The notes: generated by a model not told the origin, from the letters alone. Shown: positions 47,054-56,315, numbered from the stretch's first letter. The stretch: DNA of 64,000 bases from Candidatus Woesearchaeota archaeon (GCA_043803105.1 JAZDKJ010000006.1:160001-224000), one strand, 5' to 3'. A program made the numbers and translations.

Positions 47054-47797
47054 CTAGTTCAACTGAGCCTTCCAGATCTTCAGCGCTTCCTCTTCCACAA
47101 AGTGCAGTTTGCCAGGCACAATCAGGCATTGTGGCCTTTTTGTGAAATGCTCTTTGAAAGCCCCTGCCGCAGAAAAAGTCTTAATCTCTTGTCCTTCCTG
47201 TCCAAGCCCAGCAATCCCTACGCAGGTTTGCTTCGGGTCAAGCCCATTCTTCAATAGGTAGTCAATTCCTTCTATTATGCTCATGAACTTGTTTTTGCTC
47301 GGATCAAGATCCAGTAGAAACAGCGTGTGCAATCCCATCTTCTGGTTGTTAAGGAACACCTCATAAGGGCTTGCGATTTTCATATTGTCAAACGGTATTG
47401 ATGTCACCTTGCCATACTTGTAAAGCTCCAGCCCAATCTCTCCAACAGCGTTTATGATTGACGCATTGTGTATCACTTTTACATTAATGCCTTCCTTTTG
47501 TGCCCTCAGCCTCAGGTCAATGTGTGTTGTTGCCCCAAACGGGTCTCCAACCACAAGGAATGCCACATTGCCTTCTTTTGCTTTCTTTAGTATCTCTTCT
47601 GCGCGTTGCTCGACCAATATCCTGTTTGCTTCCATCACAGGTTTTCCATAGAAGGCTGCCAATTCCTTTAGGTTGCGCTGCATTGCTGACGTGTAGCTTT
47701 CAAGATAAACATAATCGCATTTCTTGACAATCTCAAGTCCTCTTATGCTTATGTCTTTCTCATCCCCTAGGCCAAGGCCGACAAAATACAGCACCAT
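47054..47797 (-). CDS. dph5: Diphthine synthase
   Basis: GLGLGDEKDIS, YLESYTS, GDPFGATTH, YKYGK, LHTL.LLD, P..LIVPG.LHF.E.E. Confidence 0.96.
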   Translation of the reverse strand: MVLYFVGLGLGDEKDISIRGLEIVKKCDYVYLESYTSAMQRNLKELAAFYGKPVMEANRILVEQRAEEILKKAKEGNVAFLVVGDPFGATTHIDLRLRAQKEGINVKVIHNASIINAVGEIGLELYKYGKVTSIPFDNMKIASPYEVFLNNQKMGLHTLFLLDLDPSKNKFMSIIEGIDYLLKNGLDPKQTCVGIAGLGQEGQEIKTFSAAGAFKEHFTKRPQCLIVPGKLHFVEEEALKIWKAQLN

Positions 47798-47900
47798 CAG
47801 ATTTTCCTAAGGCTATTACTATAAAAAAGTTGTTATGCAGAAAACTTTATATATTTCTCCTGTTAACCCACCCCGAAAGTGATGCTAGGAGGTGTTTGCT

Positions 47901-47996
47901 ATGGATGACTGGGAATCTGAGTTCTCTCCTGAAGAAGATAGTGACGAAGAGGATGACACTAAGCGCCTCGATGATGATACTGATTACGGCGAGTAG
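47901..47996 (+). CDS. 31-aa highly acidic peptide (not in ORF track)
   Basis: Hand translation: MDDWESEFSPEEDSDEEDDTKRLDDDTDYGE. It has a GGAGGTG RBS, an upstream TTTATATA and a downstream T-rich tract. Confidence 0.55.
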   Translation: MDDWESEFSPEEDSDEEDDTKRLDDDTDYGE

Positions 47997-48082
47997 CTTT
48001 TTTCTTTCTCTTTGATTTCTAAGATTCAAAATTGCCAAAGCTTTATAAGAACTTTAGCCATTTTTCTGTAGGGTGAATCTGA

Positions 48083-48460
48083 ATGCCAAATGTTATTCAC
48101 GGTGCGGAAGAGTTATGTGATGTGACTGAATTAGAGACAGATGACCAATTCCAGAAGGAAATCAAAGGCGTTGATGCGGTTGTTTTTTTCATGGCAACTT
48201 GGTGTCGGCCTTGCCGGACCGCCGTAGCTACTTACGGGCCTGATCCTGCAATAAAGGATTTCCGCAAAGAACAAAAGATTAAGACTGTCTATGTGGATGT
48301 TGACACGCTTTGGGGAACTACAGGCAAATACTATATTCGAGGTGTCCCGACAATGATGGCATTCAGTAAGCAAGGGCCACAACCTTTGGGCATGCAAGTG
48401 GGTAGCACTACTCCAGACGCAGTTCTGAAGCAGCTGAACGAGTGGTACAAAAAAGGTTGA
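48083..48460 (+). CDS. Thioredoxin-fold protein
   Basis: F.ATWCRPC, VDVD, IRGVPT. Confidence 0.9.
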   Translation: MPNVIHGAEELCDVTELETDDQFQKEIKGVDAVVFFMATWCRPCRTAVATYGPDPAIKDFRKEQKIKTVYVDVDTLWGTTGKYYIRGVPTMMAFSKQGPQPLGMQVGSTTPDAVLKQLNEWYKKG

Positions 48461-48657
48461 TTATCAAAAAGAAAAAAAATCCCCCGAATGGGAAAAATGC
48501 TTTTTCTATATCTATGCAAATAAAGGATTGATATTTTATTTAGACGTTACGCCAAACAGGATTATTTTGCTACTTAACGGTAGTTATAAAAACAAAAGAT
48601 TTAAATACTAATTGATGAAAATATTCATGAAAATAGGTCATTACTAAGACCTCAAAG

Positions 48658-49479
48658 GTGAATTTAATGAAACTTGTTAAACCGGTTCAAGATTTTGATT
48701 TTCAATCTGTAGATGGTAATTTGCAATATGCAATGCCTCAAGGAAGTCTTGAGCAACAGCAGAAGGTTTTTGTTGCAGGAGGGTTTTCTTGGCTTCCTGC
48801 AGTCGCAGTTAGGGAGATAATTGCTGATAATCCTGAGTTTTGGAGAAATTGGTATAGGAATGGAACTGGTGCTGATTATGCTCATCATGAAGGTGGAGCA
48901 ATTAAATTGTATTTGTCTCCTTCAAACAGAATTCTTACGGCAAAGGGAGATGCTTTTGACAAAGCTCTTGGAAGCATCAGGAAAACAGGCAATATTCCTT
49001 TGGATAGGCCACGCATTGATGCTTTGGTTTTGGATGCCCAGAAGAATGATGCTGGTATTTATGTTATTGATGTTGATGTTCTGCAAAAAAATAATAAATG
49101 GGTTTCTGACAATCGTGAATGGGGTCATTTGGTAATATCAACCAAAGATTATGCCAAGCAGATGCAGGACAGCCCTGATTTGGCTGCACTCGTTACTCCG
49201 CTTTACGGAACAGGTGTTAAACTTGACAGAACAATGAGTCAAATAAGGCAAAGATCAAGAGAGACCTTGGCTTTTGTTCTGTTACCTACGTATGTTAGAC
49301 TTAATGCTCCTGAGGGAACAGGACTCGCGCGTTTGTCTGCTCTCTACTACTTCAACTACTTTTCGGATGCTATTGCTTGCGGTAGAAGCATTGACGATAG
49401 TGTCGCCTTTGCTTTTGGGGTGCGTCAGAGGACCGCCGAAGGCGGTTGCACCGAAAATCGATTAAATTTGAAAAGGTGA
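48658..49479 (+). CDS. DGR target protein 1 with C-terminal variable region
   Basis: The C-terminus ARLSALYYFNYFSDAIACGRSIDDSVAFAFGVR is an adenine-mutated copy of the TR. Confidence 0.85.
   Translation: MNLMKLVKPVQDFDFQSVDGNLQYAMPQGSLEQQQKVFVAGGFSWLPAVAVREIIADNPEFWRNWYRNGTGADYAHHEGGAIKLYLSPSNRILTAKGDAFDKALGSIRKTGNIPLDRPRIDALVLDAQKNDAGIYVIDVDVLQKNNKWVSDNREWGHLVISTKDYAKQMQDSPDLAALVTPLYGTGVKLDRTMSQIRQRSRETLAFVLLPTYVRLNAPEGTGLARLSALYYFNYFSDAIACGRSIDDSVAFAFGVRQRTAEGGCTENRLNLKR
49325..49422 (+). repeat. DGR variable repeat (VR)
   Basis: 98-nt ungapped alignment with 50088-50185 gives 20 mismatches, 19 of them at TR adenines. Confidence 0.93.
49432..49446 (+). other. DGR target-recognition hairpin downstream of VR/IMH
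   Basis: ACCGCC-GAA-GGCGGT, about 10 nt after the VR end. Confidence 0.8.
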
Positions 49480-49486
49480 ATCTTTC

Positions 49487-50260
49487 ATGGCAAATCAAAA
49501 AATTACTTTGGATAATGTGGTTCAAAAACAGGGAACTTTTGAACAGCAGTATGCTGCTTTGAAGGGCGCTACTTGGCTTATTAGTTCTGAGATTCAGGGT
49601 TTAAGGCAGAATAATCCTGAATTGAGAAATGGAAGGTTTCGGACTGGCGATGGTGCAGTCTACCAAAAAAATAATTTTGGCAACTTTATGTTGTATGTTA
49701 CAAGTGCTGGCCTTAATCCTATTTTGAAGGCTGAGAATTTCAGTGGTGCTGTTTCTCAGATTAGAGCGACTGGCAATTATAAAGTTAATCCTGCCGATTT
49801 AGGAGCAATTGTTGCTGCGTCTAAGAAAAAGGCTGAAGGAGCAACTGTAATCGATACTTCAAAGCTTACAGCCAAGAAATATGATTCTGAATGGAGCTAC
49901 ATTGAGTTTAGCACATCTGATTATGCAGATCAACTCAATGGTGAGGACAAGAAGCTTGCGCAGGCCTATCATGGCAAAGGAAAGCAGTTTGGCAAGACCA
50001 TGAAGATGCTTGCCGATAGCGAAGTTAAGACTACAAGAGCGTATTTCTTGGGTCAAGGGTATTTGGCTAAGAACGCGGATAAGCCTATCGCGCGTTTGTC
50101 TGCTCTCAACAACTTCAACAACAATTCAAATGCTAATGCAAGCAATAGAAACATTGACAATAATAATGCCTTTGCTTTTGGAATGATCCCAAGATGGCAC
50201 AGAGAACTGAAGACACAGGCAAGATGCCAAGAGATCTATGGCAGGAACTTTGCAGCATAA
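49487..50260 (+). CDS. DGR target protein 2, paralog of target 1, with the TR in place of its VR
   Basis: Shares G..EQQ, NPE, IR.TGN, EW....ST.DYA and TM motifs with 48658. Its C-terminus reads NNFNNNSNANASNRNIDNNN. Confidence 0.8.
   Translation: MANQKITLDNVVQKQGTFEQQYAALKGATWLISSEIQGLRQNNPELRNGRFRTGDGAVYQKNNFGNFMLYVTSAGLNPILKAENFSGAVSQIRATGNYKVNPADLGAIVAASKKKAEGATVIDTSKLTAKKYDSEWSYIEFSTSDYADQLNGEDKKLAQAYHGKGKQFGKTMKMLADSEVKTTRAYFLGQGYLAKNADKPIARLSALNNFNNNSNANASNRNIDNNNAFAFGMIPRWHRELKTQARCQEIYGRNFAA
50088..50185 (+). repeat. DGR template repeat (TR)
   Basis: AAC/AAT-rich master copy of the VR, diverging after TTTGGAATG. Confidence 0.92.
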
Positions 50261-50280
50261 AAAATCTTGATGTTTTGTAA
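50224..50280 (+). pseudogene. N-terminal stub of putative DGR reverse transcriptase
   Basis: MPRDLWQELCSIKNLD starts 38 nt after the TR and resembles DGR RT N-termini (L...I.S..NL). It is interrupted at the IS left end. Confidence 0.55.
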
Positions 50281-50901
50281 GCCAGAAATCTCCGCACTTT
50301 AGTGCGAGAGATGAATGGCGACACTTTCTTATTGGTGAAAAATAAAAAAATGCGTGACGAGCGTAAGCTGCGTCACGCATCTACTCAGTCAAAAGTAGCG
50401 TGAGCTTTGCTCGTCGGAGACGAGCAAAATGGCAAAACTTGAGATCAGGCATTTCGCGCACAAGGTCGGTGTCAACGTGCACCATTTGGAATGGTGCACA
50501 AAGTATCGTTACAAGATGTTTAAGCAGGACAAGTATAAAACTCTTGCGGAAGAAATTCTTAGGGAGGTGGCTGAAAGACTTCGTTTGGTTGTTCGTGAAC
50601 TGAGTGTCATGCCTGAGCATATCCACATAAGTGTTGAAGCTCCACCTTGTATATCGCAGAGTAAGGCGCTTCAGCTTCTGAAGGGTAATTTGAGCTTCAG
50701 ATTTTTTCGCGCCAATGAGAACTTTCGGTTGAGGTACCCTCAAGGACATTTCTTCAGCCCAGGAGGATTAGCAAACAGCACAGGGTATAACACAGTGGAA
50801 GTGGTGGATGAATATGTCAGGACTCAGCAAGACATTCACCAAAGAAACCTATCAGAGCTCACTGCAGGAAGCCCCGCACTTTAGTGCGGGGAGGAGGTCA
50901 C
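50272..50901 (+). mobile_element. IS200/IS605-family element, tnpA only
   Basis: Subterminal hairpins CGCAC-TTTA-GTGCG at both ends (50288-50312, 50872-50891). It follows TTGAT (50267-50271) and ends in TCAC. No tnpB. Confidence 0.85.
50429..50884 (+). CDS. tnpA: Y1 HUH transposase
   Basis: H..W.TKYR, PEHIHI (HUH), LKG..S, YVRTQ. Confidence 0.93.
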   Translation: MAKLEIRHFAHKVGVNVHHLEWCTKYRYKMFKQDKYKTLAEEILREVAERLRLVVRELSVMPEHIHISVEAPPCISQSKALQLLKGNLSFRFFRANENFRLRYPQGHFFSPGGLANSTGYNTVEVVDEYVRTQQDIHQRNLSELTAGSPAL

Positions 50902-50910
50902 TTGAGGAAT

Positions 50911-50945
50911 AAGAAAAAAGAAAAATCCCCCCGAGGGGGGAAAAG
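50911..50945 (-). terminator. Hairpin plus T-tract terminator of ftsZ
   Basis: The minus strand reads TTTTCCCCCCTCGGGGGGATTTTTCTTTTTTCTT. Confidence 0.55.
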
Positions 50946-51022
50946 TTTTGCCTTCATTTTAGTTTTTGGGGGTGGTAAAAATGAAGGCAGAACACACACT
51001 AAAGACTAAAGGGTGTGATTGT

Positions 51023-52090
51023 CTACCTGATTATTTCTATCCCAAGCTCGTCGTTAAAGACCTTTTGCTTGGTCTGCTTGTCGTACTGCATCTTGCCAAG
51101 TATCCATGGCGATTTTACCCCTGTAATTATTGTCATCACTACAAGCTTTCCCTTCATGTCATCGGTGACTCTGGCGCCCCAGATTACGTTGGCATCATCG
51201 TCAAGGGTCTCTGTGACAAGCTCGCCAACCCTGTTTATCTCGTCCAAGGTCAAGTCAGGTCCGCCTGCTACGTGTATCAGCGCTCCGGTTGCTCCGTCAT
51301 AACTGATGTCCAATAGTGGGTTTGACAGTGCGCCTTTCACTGCTTCGTCGACTCTGTTGTTTGTGTCTGACATCCCTACTCCTATCGCTGCTACTCCACC
51401 ATTGGTCATTATTGCTTTTACGTCCGCGTAGTCGAGGTTTACTAACGATGGCAAGGCAATGGTCTCTACAATCGCTTTGATCATTGTGGCTATTAGTTCG
51501 TTAGCAACCGCAAACGCCTGCTGTACAGGCAGATTTCCTGCTATGTTGACGAGCCTGTTGTTGTCTATCACTATTACTGTATCGCATATCTGCCTAAGTT
51601 TCTGGAGCCCGAATTCTGCTTTGTCAACCCGTGCCCTTTCTATCTTGAAAGGCATTGTCACTGTTCCGATCACTATTGCTCCAGTGTCTTTTGATAGTCC
51701 TGCTATTACCGGTGCAGCCCCTGTTCCTGTGCCTCCTCCCATTCCCGCGCACACGAATGTCATGTCTGCATCTTTGAGTGCTGATTTTATCTCTGATGTT
51801 GCCTCTAGTGCTGCCTCAGCCCCTTTCTCAGGAAAGCCTCCGCATCCCAGGCCGCGTGTCACGCTTTTTCCTATCAAGAATTTCCTGTCAGCATGTACTA
51901 TATTGAGGTGTTGCTGGTCAGTGTTGCATGCAAGTATCTCTGCTCCCTTGATGCCCTTGTTGAAGAGCCAGTTGACCATGTTGGTACCTGCCCCTCCCAC
52001 ACCTATAACCTTGATGTTTGCTTGCCCTATCTCAAGGCCCCCTATTTCTTCGTTGCTGTTTTTTGCTGCGTTTTGCACCAAAAAGTCCAT
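51023..52090 (-). CDS. ftsZ: Cell division protein FtsZ
   Basis: VIGVGGAG.N, GMGGGTGTG, NLDYAD, VIWGAR. Likely start is MDFLV. Confidence 0.97.
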   Translation of the reverse strand: MDFLVQNAAKNSNEEIGGLEIGQANIKVIGVGGAGTNMVNWLFNKGIKGAEILACNTDQQHLNIVHADRKFLIGKSVTRGLGCGGFPEKGAEAALEATSEIKSALKDADMTFVCAGMGGGTGTGAAPVIAGLSKDTGAIVIGTVTMPFKIERARVDKAEFGLQKLRQICDTVIVIDNNRLVNIAGNLPVQQAFAVANELIATMIKAIVETIALPSLVNLDYADVKAIMTNGGVAAIGVGMSDTNNRVDEAVKGALSNPLLDISYDGATGALIHVAGGPDLTLDEINRVGELVTETLDDDANVIWGARVTDDMKGKLVVMTIITGVKSPWILGKMQYDKQTKQKVFNDELGIEIIR

Positions 52091-52571
52091 TCGTTTCACC
52101 CCTTTAGTGTCTTCGTTAGTGTCGTTGCAATATATATTTTGCAAACTATGCTTCCAGCTACAATAATGTTTATAAGTTACTGCATTTTGTTAACTACCTA
52201 GAAATCGTTTGTTTATCTATGCCCAATGGATAACCAAATGCTAAAGGTTAAAAACTAATTAAGTTTGTGCCCAAACAAATCTTAATTAACACACATAAAA
52301 TCTAGGTTTTGCCCAAAAACCGAGATTTTTATATTTTCTTCAGTCTGTTATAACCAGTATTTATACTTTACCATAATGAAATATATATTTTATAAAGGCT
52401 ACTTTTCCTATGGAATTTTTGTCGTCGAAAAAGCTATGTTTCCTATGGAAAATACTGCTATATTGTCCTCGGTATGTGACTATATCTCAGTATAGAAATT
52501 GTGTGCTTTTGGATACTTTTTACATTGAAGGAGTAATCAATTTAAGCCTTAGCTGATTCTTCAGATTAAAA

Positions 52572-52964
52572 ATGAACTCAAAGCTGATAGCACTTGAACC
52601 CCGCATTTCCACGGGCTGGTCTTTATATGGCATAATCACAACCAACGAATCTCAAAGGCAGTGGATTGTTGGACTATCAAGGCCTGGAAGCGACGTAAAA
52701 TCACTCGGCATAGATTTGGTTGGTGTAAGGATTAGAAATTACAATCCTAATGACCGGCTGTATGTTCCCGAGGAGTTTCTTACGGACACAAAACTGCGCC
52801 AACTCTTTGTTTACGTGCCCGACCATGACAGGTTAGCATACCTTCACCTTTCTAACAAGATAATAGAACAGTTCAAGGAAGTTCCACTCGAAGGAAGGGT
52901 TTTTGACCAGTGGGACAATGAATTGTCTAACCGAATAGTGTTGTGCTTGGTAATCCCAAAATAA
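52572..52964 (+). CDS. Hypothetical protein
   Basis: 130 aa ORF, no motif recognised. Confidence 0.45.
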   Translation: MNSKLIALEPRISTGWSLYGIITTNESQRQWIVGLSRPGSDVKSLGIDLVGVRIRNYNPNDRLYVPEEFLTDTKLRQLFVYVPDHDRLAYLHLSNKIIEQFKEVPLEGRVFDQWDNELSNRIVLCLVIPK

Positions 52965-52966
52965 AT

Positions 52967-53653
52967 TTATTTCTTCTTTACAAGCCCTTTAAAGAATTCC
53001 TTTCCCTTAGTAAATGAATTTCCTATCTTCTTGTTGTACTTTCCATCAACAAAATCCTTTCCTGTTTGTATCGCTTTCTGAACCTTTGCGCTGTGGTAGC
53101 CAAACACATGGTTTATGTCTGCTGTGTGCGCTCCCCAGCTGTTTGGATATACCTTGTCATACAGCGGCGCCCTTGGCGTTTTTTTGGCTACTTCTGCCGC
53201 ATAGCCTAATGGGAGTATTGCCTGTGGTCGTATGTAGTCAGGGATGTCAAGTATCCTTTTGAGCATCTCTTCTTCAAACGCTCCTATCCAGCATGAGGAC
53301 AGCCCTTGTGCGTGTGCTGCCAAAAGAAAGTTCTCTATTGCAGCAGCGCAATTCTGCACTGAATACAGTCTTTCTCCTCTTATGCCGTAATATTGCTCTA
53401 CCTTTTCTGGCTCTGCGCACACCACCACATGCACAGGCGCCACCGCAATCCAGTGCTGCTGCAGCGACGCCTCCCCAATCTGCTTTCTTTTTTCAGCGTC
53501 GGTTACAACCACAAATTTCCAGCTTTGAAGGTTTCCTGATGATGGTGCCTGGATTGCTGCCTCAATGCATATGCCCACTTTCTCCCATTCTACTGGCGCT
53601 TCAGTAAATTTGCGTACGCTCCTTCTGGTATGTATGCATTCCAAGACGTCCAT
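52967..53653 (-). CDS. Nitroreductase family protein
   Basis: RRSVRKF, APSSGNLQ.WKFVVV, L.AHA.GL.SCWIG. Confidence 0.92.
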   Translation of the reverse strand: MDVLECIHTRRSVRKFTEAPVEWEKVGICIEAAIQAPSSGNLQSWKFVVVTDAEKRKQIGEASLQQHWIAVAPVHVVVCAEPEKVEQYYGIRGERLYSVQNCAAAIENFLLAAHAQGLSSCWIGAFEEEMLKRILDIPDYIRPQAILPLGYAAEVAKKTPRAPLYDKVYPNSWGAHTADINHVFGYHSAKVQKAIQTGKDFVDGKYNKKIGNSFTKGKEFFKGLVKKK

Positions 53654-53695
53654 TATTACAAAATTTTATATATACTGGTATTTAATAGTTGCGCT

Positions 53696-55447
53696 ATGGA
53701 TTATGACACTCTTGTCGAGGTGTATTTGCAGCTTGAGAGGACAACCAAGCGCCTCGAAAAGACTTGGATTATCTCGCAATTCTTGAAGTCAGTTAAGCCA
53801 GAGAGCATGCCTGAGGTTGTGCTTCTCCTGCAAGGGATTGTCTTCCCTACCTATGATGAACGAAAGCTTGGTGTTGCAGACCGCCTGGTGATAAAGGCAC
53901 TGAACGTAGCTACAGGCATCGATGTTGCCGAAATCGAATCTGTCTGGAAAAAGTTTGGCGACCTTGGTGAGGTATCAAAATCACTTGCCACAAGAAAGCG
54001 TCAGCAGACATTATATTCGCAAAAGCTAACTGTAAGAAAGGTCTTCACCAACTTGCAAAAGCTCGCAGAATTTGAGGGAAAAGGCACAGTTGATCAAAAG
54101 GTAAAGCTCATCGCTGAGCTTCTCTCATCCGCAACGCCCGACGAGGCCAAGTATATCATTAAGACAATCATGGAGGAGCTCCGTGTCGGCGTTGCCTTTG
54201 GTGTTCTGCGCGATGCAATAGTCTGGGCTCACTTTGGTGAAGAATCAGGAATATCCTTTGACCCAAAAACCAAGGAAGTCACAATAAGTAATCGAGATAA
54301 ATACCATGAGTTTGTCATCGCTGTGCAAGAGGCTTATGATGTCTCAAACGATTTTGCCACTGTCGCAAAAGCCGCAGGCTCTGGTGTTGACCAACTAAAA
54401 AAGATTGGCCTTACTGTCGGAGTGCCGATAAAGGTGATGCTCGCCTTGAAGGCAGAAAGCCCGGAGGATGGTCTTGAGCGTGTTGGCATTCCTGCAGAGC
54501 TTGAATACAAGTATGACGGCTTTAGGATGCAGATACACAAGTCAGAAAAGCGCATAAGGATTTTCACCCGCCGCCTCGAGGATGTCACAGCACAATTTCC
54601 AGAGGTTGTCTCCTTTGTCTCAAAACTTGTAAAGGGTTCTTCCTTCATCCTGGATTCTGAGGCTGTTGGCTTTGATTCAAAGACAAAAAAATACATGCCT
54701 TTCCAGAATATCTCCCAGAGGATCAAGCGCAAGTATGACATTGATGAGCTTGCCAAGAAGCAGCCTGTCGAGTTGAACATTTTTGACATTGTTTCCTATG
54801 AAGGTAAAAGCCTGATTAGCACTCCCTTTGAAGAGCGTAGGAGATTGCTCGAAAAGGTTGTTAGAGAAGAGCCCCTCAAGCTTGTTCTTGCCAAGAAGCT
54901 CATAGCAAATTCTGTCAAGGAGGTTGAGCAGTTCTTCAAGGAATCTTTGGATAAGGGCAACGAGGGCATTATGATAAAGAATCTTCAAGCGCCTTACAAG
55001 CCTGGCGCAAGGGTTGGTTATATGCTCAAGCTAAAGCCAACCCTGGACACAATTGATCTTGTTGTGGTTGCGGCTGAATGGGGTGAGGGCAAGCGTGCAA
55101 AGTGGCTCAGCAGCTACACTGTCGCTTGTGTTGATGAGGACGGCACTTTTAGTGAGGTTGGCAAGGTCTCTACAGGCCTTAAGGAAAAGCGCGAGGAAGG
55201 AGTCTCTTTTGATGAGATGACTGAGGTCTTGAAACCATTAATCCTCAAGGAGAAAGGAAAACAGGTCTTTGTCAAGCCAAAGATTGTTGTCTCAGTCACT
55301 TACGCAGAAATACAGAAGAGCCCGACTTATGCATCCGGCTATGCCCTAAGGTTTCCCACCTTTGTGGCAATTCGTTATGATCGCGGAAAGGATGACGTTG
55401 CCTCTTGCCAGATGATGGAAGACTTGTATAAAAATCAAAAAAAATGA
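53696..55447 (+). CDS. lig: ATP-dependent DNA ligase
   Basis: EYKYDGFR.Q.H, EGIMIK, DLVVV.A.WGEGKR, LRFP. Likely start is MDYDT. Confidence 0.96.
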   Translation: MDYDTLVEVYLQLERTTKRLEKTWIISQFLKSVKPESMPEVVLLLQGIVFPTYDERKLGVADRLVIKALNVATGIDVAEIESVWKKFGDLGEVSKSLATRKRQQTLYSQKLTVRKVFTNLQKLAEFEGKGTVDQKVKLIAELLSSATPDEAKYIIKTIMEELRVGVAFGVLRDAIVWAHFGEESGISFDPKTKEVTISNRDKYHEFVIAVQEAYDVSNDFATVAKAAGSGVDQLKKIGLTVGVPIKVMLALKAESPEDGLERVGIPAELEYKYDGFRMQIHKSEKRIRIFTRRLEDVTAQFPEVVSFVSKLVKGSSFILDSEAVGFDSKTKKYMPFQNISQRIKRKYDIDELAKKQPVELNIFDIVSYEGKSLISTPFEERRRLLEKVVREEPLKLVLAKKLIANSVKEVEQFFKESLDKGNEGIMIKNLQAPYKPGARVGYMLKLKPTLDTIDLVVVAAEWGEGKRAKWLSSYTVACVDEDGTFSEVGKVSTGLKEKREEGVSFDEMTEVLKPLILKEKGKQVFVKPKIVVSVTYAEIQKSPTYASGYALRFPTFVAIRYDRGKDDVASCQMMEDLYKNQKK

Positions 55448-55454
55448 AATTTAC

Positions 55455-56207
55455 TTAGTCACTCGCCTCAATCCATGTGTCCTCAAAGAATTTCCTGAAA
55501 GATTCTGATAACTTTGCGCTTTTTACCACAATCACATTATATGGCGGTTCATAGTCCTCAAACAGGATTGTGTTGTCAAAGATGATGATATCTGTCGGCA
55601 CTATGTGCCCTGTGAACCTTACTTCGCAGTACTTGAGTTTGACATAGTCTTTCAATAACTCCCTGCTTTTCTCGTTTGCGAGGATTCTTGCCCTGATTTT
55701 CTTCTCTATCCTCCTTGAGTGAATGTTTTTCAGGAATGTTGTCACGTTCCTGTCCTGGAGCTCTTTGCTTGAGGCAGCAAAAGCAAGGTACTCGTCGCCT
55801 TGTTGCAGGCTTTCAAAAAGAATCCTAAATGAGGTCTTGACCCCCTCCCAGCCTTCAAAGACTATTGCTTCATCTCTTGAGCTGTCTATCGCATGCATCT
55901 GGCTTAGGTGCGGGATGGACTTTTCAAGTTCGATTTTCAGGGTTTGCATCTCCCTTTCCTTTTCCTCCAGATAATCAACAAGCCTATGCGGGTCATACGC
56001 GTGGTAAAACCTGGTTTTCTGCTTGATTACAAACGATACAAGTCCTTTTTGCATCAGCCTCTCAAGTATTGCGTAGACCTTTGATCCTGAAACCCTACTT
56101 TCCGCTATTATAGGCCCAACAGTGGTCTGTCCCAACTTTAGCAAGGCGACGTAGACCTTTGTTTCCCCATCGCTAAATCCCAGTTTTCCAAAGATTCTCG
56201 TGTCCAT
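55455..56207 (-). CDS. TrmB-family transcriptional regulator
   Basis: LGFS.GE.KVY.ALL.LG, VY..L.RL..KGLVS, FEG.EG. Confidence 0.9.
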   Translation of the reverse strand: MDTRIFGKLGFSDGETKVYVALLKLGQTTVGPIIAESRVSGSKVYAILERLMQKGLVSFVIKQKTRFYHAYDPHRLVDYLEEKEREMQTLKIELEKSIPHLSQMHAIDSSRDEAIVFEGWEGVKTSFRILFESLQQGDEYLAFAASSKELQDRNVTTFLKNIHSRRIEKKIRARILANEKSRELLKDYVKLKYCEVRFTGHIVPTDIIIFDNTILFEDYEPPYNVIVVKSAKLSESFRKFFEDTWIEASD

Positions 56208-56315
56208 TGATATGATGAAGTATTACGATTATTTAAATTTTTCTAACTATAACCCCCTCATGGGGAGTTACATTTTATATAAGATTAAGAACATAGAACA
56301 CCTTGTAGTTAAGGT

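Noticed and set aside
50272-50901. TnpB/omegaRNA system
   Set aside because: The right-end hairpin overlaps the tnpA stop, leaving no room for tnpB.
51459-52166. Long antisense ORFs (51459, 28739, 21433, 13586, 19220 and others)
   Set aside because: They are shadows of well-supported genes on the opposite strand or in another frame, with no recognisable motifs.
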